26,437 nt of DNA from Thermodesulfobacteriota bacterium (GTDB taxonomy: Bacteria; Desulfobacterota_D; UBA1144): positions 1-26,437 of the forward strand of contig JAQWMJ010000005.1 in the NCBI GenBank assembly GCA_029246845.1. Direction: 5' to 3'. Below the pieces are notes generated by a model. It searched no databases. It was not told the DNA's origin and saw nothing but the letters and a program-made list of their open reading frames with translations. Below are positions 1-9,917 of this stretch, one piece after another. How positions within the stretch are numbered: position 1 is the first letter of the stretch; each line of letters starts with the position of its first letter. The translations under genes were made by a program, and so were the position numbers.

Positions 1-483
1 AGAGATACTTATGCCCTTGATTATGTTAAGAATTCAATTCAAGAAATGCTTGCAACACAAGATAAAGGTAAGTTGAAAGAATTGGCTAAGGTCTTAACGG
101 AGGGATCGGATCAGCTCTCAGCTGCCCTAGAGGCACCTTTAATTAGGGTAATTGAGACTAAAAATTCTAAAGAGTTATCCAAGATAATGAGCTTGTTCGC
201 TGGACAAGGATTTACAGCTCTCCTTAAATCTAATGAATATTTAGAAAAGTATAATGTTAACGAGGCTAGGAAGTCTCTTTTCAAGGCTATATTCTATATA
301 ACTGTTATTTGTTTAAAACTAGCTAGAACCTCTAAAGATAAAGCTTTAGAAGATTCAGCCTTTGAAACTTATGATAGTATGGTAGTTGGACCAATTAAAA
401 TGGCCAGTAAAAAAGTACAAAGTGAGTTTAGATCTTCTTTGGATTCTTATATGAAGTCTAAGAAGAAATCTTCATCAACTTAA
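1..483 (+). CDS. Hypothetical protein, 5'-truncated by the window edge
   Basis: Frame 1 is open from base 1 (AGA GAT ACT...) to TAA at 481-483, so the ATG at 46 is probably internal. Helical-looking sequence, no family recognised. Overlaps the cimA 3' end by 26 nt. Confidence 0.6.
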   Translation, partial: RDTYALDYVKNSIQEMLATQDKGKLKELAKVLTEGSDQLSAALEAPLIRVIETKNSKELSKIMSLFAGQGFTALLKSNEYLEKYNVNEARKSLFKAIFYITVICLKLARTSKDKALEDSAFETYDSMVVGPIKMASKKVQSEFRSSLDSYMKSKKKSSST

Positions 484-2026
484 ATTCAATACTATCTATA
501 AGAGCTTTCCAACTTGCATCTACGATATCTGATGAAACACCAATAGTAGACCATCTGCTGGATTTGTCACTTGATTCAATGATTACCCTGACTAGTGATT
601 CGGTTCCCTTGTTCCCCCCAACAACCCTAACTCTATAATCAGTAAGGACAACTTCATTTAAAAAAGGGTACTTGTCTACCATAGCACCTCTTAAAGCAAG
701 ATCCAAAGCATTAACAGGACCTGATCCAGATGCCGTGTTCTCAATTACTTCATTGTCAATTCTTATCATAACTCTAGCAGAAGATTCATTTGATGGAACA
801 ATCTGACGCGTATTAATTTCAGTTTCTATAAGTTCAATTTTGGGTTTATATTGTTCTGAAATTGTTTTAACAAGTAATTCAAAAGAAGCATCTACTCCTT
901 CAAATTCGTATCCATCATTTTCTAATTTTTTAAGCCTAGATAGGATTTCCGTAATATTCTCATCACTGACCCCATCTGTTATTTTTAGCTCATTAAGCTT
1001 GTATAGAATATTACTTTTACCTGCTAAGTCTGAAATAAGAATCCTTCTTGAGTTTCCTATCTTTTCAGGAGAAACATGTTCGTATGTGAGATTATTTTTT
1101 ACTATTGCACTAACATGAATGCCACCCTTATGAGCGAATGCGCTTCTGCCTATAAATGGAGCCTTGCTATCATTTGATATGTTTGCCATTTCACTTATAA
1201 AATTTGAAACTCCGTAAAGCTTTTTTAATTGGTCATCACTTATAGAATCAATCCCCATTTTAAGTTTAAGATTGGCAATAATCGTGCATAGATTAGCGTT
1301 TCCACACCTTTCTCCATAACCATTTATTGTACCTTGCACCTGGTTAGCCCCGGCTTGGACTGCAGCTAGTGCATTTGCAACACCTAGCCCAGAGTCATTA
1401 TGAGTATGAATACCAAGAACTATTTTACTATGGGTATTTTTTATTTCTGAAACAATTTTAGAAATCTCCCATGGAGTTGTCCCACCATTTGTATCGCAAA
1501 GAACTATACCTTTGGCCCCACTTTCAACTGCGGAATTAATACAATCTAGAGTAAATTTAGAATCTGCCTTGTATCCATCAAAGAAATGTTCTGCATCAAA
1601 AAAAACTTCCTCTATACGTTCTGAAAGATAACTTATTGAATCTGAAATAAGCTCTAGGTTTTGATCGTTTGAGATTCTTAGAGCTTCTGATACATGAAAA
1701 TCCCACGTCTTTCCAACTATTGTTACAGCTAATGCTTCTGATCTTAATAGTGCCTGAATATTTAAATCTTCATCACATGAACTTTTTGCTCTTCTTGTAC
1801 TACCAAATGCCACAATCCTAGAATTTGTATACTTTTCGTTTTTAGCTTGATTAAAAAAACCTTCATCTCTCTCGTTAGAACCTGGCCACCCACCTTCAAT
1901 ATATTTAACTCCAAGCTCATCAATTTTGTGACTTACTTTAATTTTATCTGGAACAGAAAAAGAAATACCTTCACCTTGGGTGCCATCTCTTAGTGTTACA
2001 TCGTATATTACAACTTCTTTAGACAT
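458..2026 (-). CDS. cimA: Citramalate synthase (LeuA/CimA family, Geobacter-type)
   Basis: Motifs DVTLRDGTQGEG, YIEGGWPGSN, FDAEHFFDG, HTHND, GERCGNANL, AFAHKGGIH, plus C-terminal regulatory domain (GPVNALD, DYRVRV). Directly downstream of lysC. Confidence 0.9.
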   Translation of the reverse strand: MSKEVVIYDVTLRDGTQGEGISFSVPDKIKVSHKIDELGVKYIEGGWPGSNERDEGFFNQAKNEKYTNSRIVAFGSTRRAKSSCDEDLNIQALLRSEALAVTIVGKTWDFHVSEALRISNDQNLELISDSISYLSERIEEVFFDAEHFFDGYKADSKFTLDCINSAVESGAKGIVLCDTNGGTTPWEISKIVSEIKNTHSKIVLGIHTHNDSGLGVANALAAVQAGANQVQGTINGYGERCGNANLCTIIANLKLKMGIDSISDDQLKKLYGVSNFISEMANISNDSKAPFIGRSAFAHKGGIHVSAIVKNNLTYEHVSPEKIGNSRRILISDLAGKSNILYKLNELKITDGVSDENITEILSRLKKLENDGYEFEGVDASFELLVKTISEQYKPKIELIETEINTRQIVPSNESSARVMIRIDNEVIENTASGSGPVNALDLALRGAMVDKYPFLNEVVLTDYRVRVVGGNKGTESLVRVIIESSDKSSRWSTIGVSSDIVDASWKALIDSIEFKLMKISS

Positions 2027-2029
2027 AAA

Positions 2030-2527
2030 CTATCCTAACTTGAACTCCTTGTGTAGAGACTGAATTGCTTTCTTGCATTTTGCTTGCTCAATCACACATG
2101 AAATTTTTATTTCTGAAGTGCTTATCATACTAATATTGATTTTTGACTTGGATAAAGAATCAAACATTCGAGTTGCAATACCTGTATGAGTTTTCATCCC
2201 AGCCCCAACAATTGATACCAAGGCTATATCCTTATTTTGGATAATTTTTTTATAATTAATTTTTGCCATATTTAATTTTAAAATTTTAACTGTTTTATTT
2301 AGATCGTCCTTAGGTATCGTAAAAGTTAAATCAGTTTTTTTATTAGTACTTATATTTTGAACAATCATGTCTACCACAATTCCCGCAGATCCAATAGGTT
2401 TAAAAATTTTGGAAGCAACACCAGGTACGTCTTCTATTCCGGATACTGTAATTTTAGATTGTTTTAAATCATGTGTAATTCCAGTAATAATTTTTTTTTC
2501 CTTTAACGGTATATTCTTTTCATCCAT
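2030..2527 (-). CDS. Putative aspartate kinase beta subunit from in-frame internal start (Met243)
   Basis: Minus strand reads AGGGGA-9 nt-ATG at codon 243, just before the ACT domains, giving 165 aa. Matches the alpha2beta2 aspartate kinase arrangement. Confidence 0.5.
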   Translation of the reverse strand: MDEKNIPLKEKKIITGITHDLKQSKITVSGIEDVPGVASKIFKPIGSAGIVVDMIVQNISTNKKTDLTFTIPKDDLNKTVKILKLNMAKINYKKIIQNKDIALVSIVGAGMKTHTGIATRMFDSLSKSKINISMISTSEIKISCVIEQAKCKKAIQSLHKEFKLG

Positions 2528-3253
2528 GACCCATGTTCCCCTAGTTGATATTTTACTAGTAGACTTAACATATAATTTAACTTGCAAATTATTTGCATAC
2601 TCTACAGCCTTTGCCTGTAACACTTTAGATCCTAAACTAGACATCTCTAACATTTCAGGATATGAGATATAATTTATTTTTTTCGCTCTTTTGTAAAGTC
2701 TTGGATCAGCAGTATAGATTCCATCTACATCATCTTTTAATAATTCACAGTGCGAGGCTTTTAGTGCAGAAGCTAACGCAACCGCAGTTAAATCAGACCC
2801 GCCCCTTCCTAAAGTTGTTACATCACCCTTTGAATTTACACCTTGAAATCCAGGTATGACAACTACAAAACCTTTCTTAAGAAAACTCTTAATTTTTTTA
2901 GTTCCTACTGATAAGATTTGCGCCTTTGAATGAAGATCATCTGTTAGCAAGTTGAATTTAGATGGGTCTAAGGAAATAGCTTTAACGTTCATTTCTATTA
3001 ATGCTATGCTCAAGAGCCCAGCGGATATTTTTTCACCAGAAGAAATTACTTGATCGTACTCCTTCTCATCAGGAATTTTGGCAATTCTTCTGGTTATTTT
3101 ATCTAGTCTGTCTGTTTCACCAGCCATAGCAGAGACAACTACTACAACAGACTTTTTTTGTTTTCTAAGTTTAGAGATATTCTGTGCAATAAAATTAATT
3201 TTTTTAATGCTTCCAACGCTTGTACCACCATACTTTTGTACTACTAGATCCAT
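2030..3253 (-). CDS. lysC: Aspartate kinase, monofunctional, two ACT domains
   Basis: VQKYGGTSV, VVSAMAGETD, TTLGRGGSDLTA, DVDGIYTADPR, VDMIVQN and MISTSEIKIS motifs; AAGGT upstream of the start. Confidence 0.95.
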   Translation of the reverse strand: MDLVVQKYGGTSVGSIKKINFIAQNISKLRKQKKSVVVVVSAMAGETDRLDKITRRIAKIPDEKEYDQVISSGEKISAGLLSIALIEMNVKAISLDPSKFNLLTDDLHSKAQILSVGTKKIKSFLKKGFVVVIPGFQGVNSKGDVTTLGRGGSDLTAVALASALKASHCELLKDDVDGIYTADPRLYKRAKKINYISYPEMLEMSSLGSKVLQAKAVEYANNLQVKLYVKSTSKISTRGTWVMDEKNIPLKEKKIITGITHDLKQSKITVSGIEDVPGVASKIFKPIGSAGIVVDMIVQNISTNKKTDLTFTIPKDDLNKTVKILKLNMAKINYKKIIQNKDIALVSIVGAGMKTHTGIATRMFDSLSKSKINISMISTSEIKISCVIEQAKCKKAIQSLHKEFKLG

Positions 3254-3260
3254 ATTTACC

Positions 3261-3698
3261 TTATCCTTTAACTACAATCTCCCTAAGATTTATATTATCC
3301 TTTATAAAATTAAAATAAATATCTATTATATTTTTTTTATTTGAAAATAGTTCTTTGAACATGTCCGCCCACTCAACTATTACAATACCCCGGTTAGATT
3401 CAAGAATTTCAAAAAATCCTATCTCGTCTAAGTCTCTGGGATCTTTTATCCTATAAAGGTCGAAGTGGAATATCTCTAGGTTTTTTTTAGTTTCATATTT
3501 ATTCAAAATTAAAAAGCTAGGGCTAGACACATTACTTATAACACCTAGACTTTCACATAAGAATCGTACAAATTGCGTTTTGCCAGATCCCATTTCACCA
3601 TTGAGAAGAATTAGACTACCGTCTGTAATTCTCTTTGAAACAACAGAAGCTAAAAGTCTTGTATCTTCAATTCCAAATTCTTTGGTATGTTTATTCAT
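3261..3698 (-). CDS. tsaE: tRNA t6A biosynthesis ATPase TsaE
   Basis: P-loop GEMGSGKT, VSSPSF, HFDLYR and IVEW motifs; 8-nt overlap with the nnr stop. Confidence 0.95.
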   Translation of the reverse strand: MNKHTKEFGIEDTRLLASVVSKRITDGSLILLNGEMGSGKTQFVRFLCESLGVISNVSSPSFLILNKYETKKNLEIFHFDLYRIKDPRDLDEIGFFEILESNRGIVIVEWADMFKELFSNKKNIIDIYFNFIKDNINLREIVVKG

Positions 3699-5265
3699 TA
3701 TTGATTTTTGTTAATTCTGCAAAATTATTTTCTTTTTCAAGAGAAGATATTAATTTGGGCAGCTCTTTGATTACTTGAGTGGCGAGAATTCCACGTTTTG
3801 AATCTTTACTTGCGATTCTATCACCTGCCTTTCCATGAACAAACACTCCCAAAATCGATGAATTTATAGTTGAATAACCCTGTCCAATAAAACTTGCTAT
3901 TATTCCTGTCAATGCATCTCCCATTCCACCAGTTGCCATACCGACGTTCCCTGAACTATTTATATAGATTTCACCTAATGGATTAGAAATTACTGTTCTA
4001 AAACCTTTCAGTATGGATATACATTTCATTTTGGTAGATAGTTTTTTAGAAGTTTTAATTCTATTTTCTTGAACTAATCTAATTGATTGCTTTGATAGCT
4101 TCGACATTTCACCTGGATGAGGGGTAATTATAACTCTATTTTTAGCTTTACTTAAAATATCAAGATCTTTAGAGATCAAATTCAGACCATCTGCATCAAT
4201 AATTATAGGACAATCGAAAAAACTAAGTGAATCTTTAATAACTTTTAGTAGACCCTTTCGATTACCAAGTCCTGGGCCAATAACAACTGCAGAGGGCTTC
4301 TTCCTAATGTTATCTTTTAGGTTTTTTAAGAATTCATTTTCATCCATTGTTTGGTTGTCTGGCGAATCTGGGATATCTAAAATGATGGCTTCAGGAAGTT
4401 TATTTTTTAAAGTATTGCTGATACTTTTTGGAACACAAAGCGTTACAAGACCACTTCCAGATTTATAGGCAGCAAGAGCCGATAGAGCCACTGCTCCAGA
4501 CATATTCTTCGACCCCCCAATTATCATCACATGACCAAAAGTCCCCTTATTTGATGAGGCATCTCTAGTTTTGAAGAAATTGGTAAAGTAACTTTCTTCA
4601 ATAAAATGATTATCAAGATTTTTTGCCAAAATATCTGGAGTTGGCAACTTGACTATAAAAACTTTCTTTGAGAATTTAGCTCCTGGGTCTGTTAGAAGTC
4701 CAGGCTTAGCAAAATCAAAAGTTATCGTACAGTCTGAAACTATACATGTTGAAAAAATTTGACCATCATCCGGGTTTAAGCCCGATGGTATATCGATTGA
4801 ACATATTGGTATTTTAATTTTATTTAGCTTATTAATTATTTTCTTTGTATTGCCAACTATAGACCTGTTCAATCCAACTCCAAAAATTGAATCTATAATC
4901 AAATCATATTTCTTTAATTTTACATCCTTCCAATTCTTTACGATTTCAATACCCAGCCTATTTGCTATTGAAAAATTATCTAAAAAATCCTTAGATTTTA
5001 TTTTCGAAGTATTAACTATAAAAATAGAACATTTATGCTTATTAAGCCTTAGGTATCTAGCTACCACTAAGCCATCTCCTCCATTGTTCCCTGTACCTAT
5101 AATTAAGAGAGTGTTCTTAGGAGCATATTCCTGATTGATTATTTCATAAGATTTAAGCCCAGCAACTTCCATTCTAATTTGGCTCGAAATTCCAAACTTA
5201 CGAGATGATAATCTATCGATTTCTTTAATCTGCTTTGAATCTGCTAGCTTCATATTAAAAATCAT
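3691..5265 (-). CDS. nnr: Bifunctional NAD(P)H-hydrate epimerase/dehydratase (YjeF)
   Basis: GTGNNGGDG, DSIFGVGL, IDIPSG, KGTFG, GPGLG, DADGL, TPHPGEM and ATGGMGDAL motifs. The start could instead be the ATG at 5253. Confidence 0.93.
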   Translation of the reverse strand: MIFNMKLADSKQIKEIDRLSSRKFGISSQIRMEVAGLKSYEIINQEYAPKNTLLIIGTGNNGGDGLVVARYLRLNKHKCSIFIVNTSKIKSKDFLDNFSIANRLGIEIVKNWKDVKLKKYDLIIDSIFGVGLNRSIVGNTKKIINKLNKIKIPICSIDIPSGLNPDDGQIFSTCIVSDCTITFDFAKPGLLTDPGAKFSKKVFIVKLPTPDILAKNLDNHFIEESYFTNFFKTRDASSNKGTFGHVMIIGGSKNMSGAVALSALAAYKSGSGLVTLCVPKSISNTLKNKLPEAIILDIPDSPDNQTMDENEFLKNLKDNIRKKPSAVVIGPGLGNRKGLLKVIKDSLSFFDCPIIIDADGLNLISKDLDILSKAKNRVIITPHPGEMSKLSKQSIRLVQENRIKTSKKLSTKMKCISILKGFRTVISNPLGEIYINSSGNVGMATGGMGDALTGIIASFIGQGYSTINSSILGVFVHGKAGDRIASKDSKRGILATQVIKELPKLISSLEKENNFAELTKINNE

Positions 5266-5316
5266 AAACCAAGTGGATTCTCATTCCAATATTATTATTA
5301 AAATAATATGCAAAAG

Positions 5317-5370
5317 TTAAGGATTTTCCTTAATTGACTATAAAAATTAATAAATTACAATCACTTTATG
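5317..5370 (+). promoter_or_regulatory. Palindromic site plus sigma70-like promoter (copy 1 of the duplicated element)
   Basis: TTAAGGA-TTT-TCCTTAA inverted repeat (5317-5333), TTGACT (5334-5339), 16 nt, TACAAT (5356-5361), 6 nt, ATG (5368). Near-identical element at 20293-20347. Confidence 0.7.
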
Positions 5371-5415
5371 ATTAACATCCCTGATAGGAATTTAGGTTTA
5401 AGTTATGTTGGATAG
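5368..5415 (+). other. Possible leaderless 15-aa uORF (MINIPDRNLGLSYVG)
   Basis: ATG 6 nt after TACAAT, the same geometry as the clpP start; stop TAG at 5413-5415; overlaps the radical SAM start out of frame. Translation is not demonstrated. Confidence 0.3.
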
Positions 5416-6382
5416 GAACAAATCCTATATCGAGTCATTTAATTTTGCCTTACTAGGTCTAACCAAGTTAGTTGAAACTAAGATTACTAATTCCCCAAAG
5501 CTTGTAAATTTAGAAGTTACTAAGAAATGTAATGCAAGATGTGACTTTTGCGACTACTGGCAGACTCAGCATGAAGAAAGGCTTGACGATTATACTGACT
5601 TGATTAAAAAGATTAACCCTCTAGTTGTAATGGTTACTGGCGGGGAGCCTATGATGAGAAAGGATATTGTTGATATAATTAGTCAAATTAAAGCAGCCTC
5701 CTATTTTACTTATACTGGCATAATAACAAAAGGTGACATGCTAGATATGGATAAGGCTAAAGCTTTGTATGCTGCTGGTATAGACCAAATTGCAATATCT
5801 TTAGATTTCTTAGGTGACAGACATTCTGATAATAGAGGTGTAAATGGTTTGTGGGATCATGTTTCGGAACTGATTCCTAAAATATCTACTGAGCTAAAAA
5901 GAACAATCTCTATTAACACAATAATTATGGATGATAACTTAGAGCAAATTGTAGATATGGCAAAAAGAGCTAAAGAGTGGGGAGCAAATATCTCATTTAG
6001 TTCTTACTCTGTTATGAAGGCGAACAACGAGGAACACTTCATTAGTGATGAGACTAAGAAAGTCTCTGAGGTTGTAAAGGAATTGATTTCATTAAAGAAA
6101 CATTGGGGAGATACCATAGTTTCTAGCGAATATTATTTAAGCCAAATCCCAGTGTTTTTTAAAAATGGTTATGGACCTCCATGTAATGCTGGTTCTTCTT
6201 TCTTGACAGCTACACCAGATGGACATATTAAGAGGTGTTCTGAAATGCCAGCAGTTTGTCATTATACAGATTATGAGCCAAATTATTTTACAAAGACCAA
6301 ATGTACAACATGTTGGTTTGGTTGTAGAGGTGAAACTCAAGCTCCAGTGATTGCTAAAGCCCGAGAGCTGATAGGCGTTTAA
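5405..6382 (+). CDS. Radical SAM protein with SPASM/twitch-like C-terminal Cys cluster
   Basis: CNARCDFC (CxxxCxxC), TGGEP, ISLD; C-terminal CNAG...PDGHIKRC...C...CTTCWFGC. AGGT 7 nt before the ATG. Substrate unknown. Confidence 0.88.
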   Translation: MLDRNKSYIESFNFALLGLTKLVETKITNSPKLVNLEVTKKCNARCDFCDYWQTQHEERLDDYTDLIKKINPLVVMVTGGEPMMRKDIVDIISQIKAASYFTYTGIITKGDMLDMDKAKALYAAGIDQIAISLDFLGDRHSDNRGVNGLWDHVSELIPKISTELKRTISINTIIMDDNLEQIVDMAKRAKEWGANISFSSYSVMKANNEEHFISDETKKVSEVVKELISLKKHWGDTIVSSEYYLSQIPVFFKNGYGPPCNAGSSFLTATPDGHIKRCSEMPAVCHYTDYEPNYFTKTKCTTCWFGCRGETQAPVIAKARELIGV

Positions 6383-6415
6383 TTTATATTTAAGATTTGA
6401 CCTAATTAAGCTTTG

Positions 6416-7756
6416 TTATTCCCAAGTAGTACCTTCATCGTTATCTAATAATCTAACACCAAGCTCTTTAGCTTTTTCCCTAAGTTCGTCAGCTTTAGAC
6501 CAATCTTTATCACTTCTTGCTTTATTTCTTCTTATTATTAATTCTTCAATTTCTTCCTTATTTATTGATTTTCTATCCATAGAATCTGATATATCATTTC
6601 TCCAACCTGAGATTCCCATTGTTTGTTCAAACTCTTCTAATTCAATAGTTGACTTACTAGAGAGTTTTCCATCATTAATGAATTTAAAATAGTAACCCAG
6701 GGCCTTTGCTGTGTTAAAGTCATCTAGCATTGCTGAAACCCAAAGCTCCTTAAAATTACTAGACGAGGATGCATTTGCTTCAAGCTTCTTCTTTAAATTT
6801 AATAAGCTTTTATTTATCTCTTCTAATTTCTTATTCGACAAGTCCACTGGGGTTCTATAATGATGAGTAAGGAAAAGAATTCTAAAGATATTTTTATCCC
6901 AAAGTTTTAACCCTTCTTTTATATTTATTATGTTGCCAATTGATTTAGACATTTTTTCTTTGTTTATATTTATTAGACCATTATGAATCCAATAATTTGC
7001 AAATTTTTTATTAGATACACATTCTGATTGTGCTATCTCATTTTCATGATGAGGAAATATTAAGTCTCTTCCACCACCATGAATATCAAAGTTATCTCCT
7101 AGATACTTTCTGCTCATAGCAGAGCACTCAATATGCCAACCAGGTCTACCATTACCCCAAGGACTTTCCCAGGAAGGCTCGCCCGCTTTTGCTTTTTTCC
7201 ATAATGCAAAATCTAATTCATAGCTTTTATTGGGATTAATTTCTAACCTAGTGTTTGAAAGAATAGAGTCGATGCTTTGATTCGATAATTTTCCATATGG
7301 TTTAAATTTTTGAACATTAAAATATACATCTCCATTACTTTCGTATCCATACTCTTTATCTATTATATTTTTTATTAAATTTATTATTTCCGGAATATTT
7401 TCTGAGACGGATGGTTGATAGTCCGGATCATTACAGCCAAGACTCTTCATGTCTTCTATATATTCTAATTTATATTTCTCTGAGATTTCTTCTGGTTTTT
7501 TACCTTCTTGGTTAGCCCTAGTAATAATCTTGTCATCGATATCTGTAAAATTTCTTACATACTTGGTTTTTAAACCGATAAATTTCAAAAATCTTACAAT
7601 ACAATCAAAGACTATAGCTGATCTAGCATGTCCCATGTGCGAACTGCTATAAACTGTTGGACCACAAACATATAAAGAAACCTGGTTAGGGACTGTACTT
7701 TTAAAAAGTTCCTTTTGACTAGTTAAGGAATTAAATATATATAAATCCTTATTCAT
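6416..7756 (-). CDS. cysS: Cysteine--tRNA ligase
   Basis: VCGPTVY, HMGHAR (HIGH), [19 protein letters not shown] and KMSKS motifs; shortened helical domain. Confidence 0.97.
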   Translation of the reverse strand: MNKDLYIFNSLTSQKELFKSTVPNQVSLYVCGPTVYSSSHMGHARSAIVFDCIVRFLKFIGLKTKYVRNFTDIDDKIITRANQEGKKPEEISEKYKLEYIEDMKSLGCNDPDYQPSVSENIPEIINLIKNIIDKEYGYESNGDVYFNVQKFKPYGKLSNQSIDSILSNTRLEINPNKSYELDFALWKKAKAGEPSWESPWGNGRPGWHIECSAMSRKYLGDNFDIHGGGRDLIFPHHENEIAQSECVSNKKFANYWIHNGLININKEKMSKSIGNIINIKEGLKLWDKNIFRILFLTHHYRTPVDLSNKKLEEINKSLLNLKKKLEANASSSSNFKELWVSAMLDDFNTAKALGYYFKFINDGKLSSKSTIELEEFEQTMGISGWRNDISDSMDRKSINKEEIEELIIRRNKARSDKDWSKADELREKAKELGVRLLDNDEGTTWE

Positions 7757-8559
7757 TAAGTTAATTCTTCTCCACCATCAACCATAATTACATTTCCGGT
7801 GATCCAATCGGCACCAGGATGAGATAGGGCTATTATGCTCCCGGAAATATCACTAGTAAGTGTAAGCCTATTGCTAGGGTTGTTCTTTGTTGCTTCATCT
7901 ATAATATCGTTATTACCAGGAATCTTATCAAGAGCAGGTGTTAACGTTACACCAGCACAAAGAGAATTAGCAGTTATTCTTTGTGGAGCAAGCTCCACAG
8001 CCATTTGTCGTATATGTGATTCAAGCGCAGACTTTGCCGCAGACACAGGACCGTAAGTTGGCCATATCTTTCTGCTGCCGGCGCTTGTCATTCCATAAAT
8101 TCGACCATTTGAACTAAAAAGAGATCTTTTTACAACTCCTTGAGTCCAATAGACGATTGAGTTAGCCATCACATCGATTGTCATTTCCATATTTTTTTGC
8201 GTCACATTAGATGATGAATCACCATTTAGATAAGGCTTTAAAGATCCAAAAGCTAGTGAATGAAGAAGAATCTTGATTTTTTTCTCGTCTTTCGAAATTA
8301 AAGAAGACACTTCATCTAAGACCTTATCTCTTTTCTCTTCATCAGCAGCGTTAATATTAAAGAACTTTGCCTTTGCTCCCTTTGATTCAATTTTAGCAAT
8401 AATTTTTTCTACATTACCCATTGTTCCTTTTCTATCTAAATGAACTCCAATTATATTGACTCCATATTCAGAAAGTTTTTGAGAGACTTCGGCACCAAAA
8501 CCACTAGATGCTCCAAGAACTAATGCCCAATGCCCTTCTAACCAATTATCAATTTTCAT
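7756..8559 (-). CDS. SDR-family oxidoreductase, enoyl-ACP reductase-like (FabL/FabI type)
   Basis: LGASSGFG nucleotide-binding motif, Y-x6-K (YGPVSAAK) typical of enoyl reductases, WITGNVIMVDGG; AGGAG RBS; TAATG overlap with cysS. Confidence 0.75.
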   Translation of the reverse strand: MKIDNWLEGHWALVLGASSGFGAEVSQKLSEYGVNIIGVHLDRKGTMGNVEKIIAKIESKGAKAKFFNINAADEEKRDKVLDEVSSLISKDEKKIKILLHSLAFGSLKPYLNGDSSSNVTQKNMEMTIDVMANSIVYWTQGVVKRSLFSSNGRIYGMTSAGSRKIWPTYGPVSAAKSALESHIRQMAVELAPQRITANSLCAGVTLTPALDKIPGNNDIIDEATKNNPSNRLTLTSDISGSIIALSHPGADWITGNVIMVDGGEELT

Positions 8560-8640
8560 ATTTTCTCCTAATTAAATTATTTTCTTTATAGAGAGTTTAC
8601 GTATTACATTATTATATTCAAGGTATCATAAGGATATTAA

Positions 8641-9894
8641 ATGAGAAATGTAACTATTGAGATAATAACTACTGGTGAAGAGCTTCTTTCGGGTATAACT
8701 CAAGATACTAATTTCTTTTGGTTTGCGAAAGAAGTTTTTAGCTATGGTTTCAAGGTAAATTACCAGCAATGCATTGGAGATTCATTAGATGACATAGCTA
8801 ATGCTTTGAGAATCGCAAATGATAGGTCCGATTATGTTTTAATAACAGGCGGTCTGGGTCCCACAAGTGATGATTTAACAAGAGAGGCAGCTTCTCTTTA
8901 TTTTGATGAAGAACTTATTTTAAATAAAAAAGAAGAAATAAAGATTAGAAATCTTTTTAAAAATAGGAAGCGAAGATATAGTAAATTAAATCAAAAACAA
9001 GCTCTCTTTCCTAAAGGAGCCCAAATTGTTTCAAATTCTTCAGGAACTGCTCCAGGATTTACTCTTATTCAGAAGGGCTCTAAAAATTATTTCTTTCCAG
9101 GGGTACCTAGAGAATTCAAAGAAATGGTAAAAAAAACTTTCTTTATAGACTTAAAAAAAGAGCAAAAGAAATCTACAAAAGTTGTTTCATCTAAAATGTT
9201 GAAAGTATTTGGTTTGTCAGAATCCGAAGTTGCCGAAAAAATTCAACGCTTTGGATCAAAGAAGTCCTATATAGGCTACAGACCTCATAAGTACGAAATT
9301 CATATCAGGTTAATATCAAGTAGCGATAAGATTTCGTCTGCAAAGAAAGACAATAAACTTTTAGAAATGAAGATCAGAAAGGTTATAGGTAATTATATTT
9401 ATTCAGACAGTGAGACTTCACTAGCTGCTGAGGTAGTTAAGTTATTATTAAAAAAGAAGCTATTTATTTCCACAGCTGAATCTTGTACCGGAGGACTCTT
9501 AGGTAATATGATTACTAATGTGCCAGGCTCTTCTGCTTGTTTTCATTATGGATTCGTAACATATGGCAATAAGGCCAAAGAAAAAATTCTGGGTGTTAAT
9601 AGTCTAACTATTTCAAAATATGGTGCCGTTAGTCGTCAATGTGCTAAAGAAATGGTGGTAAAATCTAGAAAGATATCAGGGTCCAATATAGCTTTAGCTG
9701 TCTCAGGAATAGCTGGCCCCACTGGTGGCTCTAAAGATAAACCTGTGGGAACTGTTTTTATCGGTGTTTCTTATAAAGATAAGACAACTGTAAAGAAATA
9801 TTTCTTTCCCGGGTCTAGAGAGATGTTTAAATTAAGAACATCTTTATCTTGTTTGGACATAGTTAGGAGAATTATTTCTTTTAAATCAAACTAA
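8641..9894 (+). CDS. cinA: CinA (MoCF-biosynthesis-like domain fused to PncC NMN deamidase)
   Basis: GEELLSG...DTN, TGGLGPTSDDLT, GTAPG, FPGVPRE, AESCTGG, GAVS and GIAGPTGG...KPVG motifs; upstream of recA. Confidence 0.93.
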   Translation: MRNVTIEIITTGEELLSGITQDTNFFWFAKEVFSYGFKVNYQQCIGDSLDDIANALRIANDRSDYVLITGGLGPTSDDLTREAASLYFDEELILNKKEEIKIRNLFKNRKRRYSKLNQKQALFPKGAQIVSNSSGTAPGFTLIQKGSKNYFFPGVPREFKEMVKKTFFIDLKKEQKKSTKVVSSKMLKVFGLSESEVAEKIQRFGSKKSYIGYRPHKYEIHIRLISSSDKISSAKKDNKLLEMKIRKVIGNYIYSDSETSLAAEVVKLLLKKKLFISTAESCTGGLLGNMITNVPGSSACFHYGFVTYGNKAKEKILGVNSLTISKYGAVSRQCAKEMVVKSRKISGSNIALAVSGIAGPTGGSKDKPVGTVFIGVSYKDKTTVKKYFFPGSREMFKLRTSLSCLDIVRRIISFKSN

Positions 9895-9917
9895 TAGGAA
9901 GAATATGTTTAATTAAG

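Noticed and set aside
9895..9917. Possible LexA/SOS box before recA (GAAGAATATGTTT)
   Set aside because: Only a half-match to GAAC-N4-GTTY, and no match to CTGT-N8-ACAG or other SOS boxes I know.
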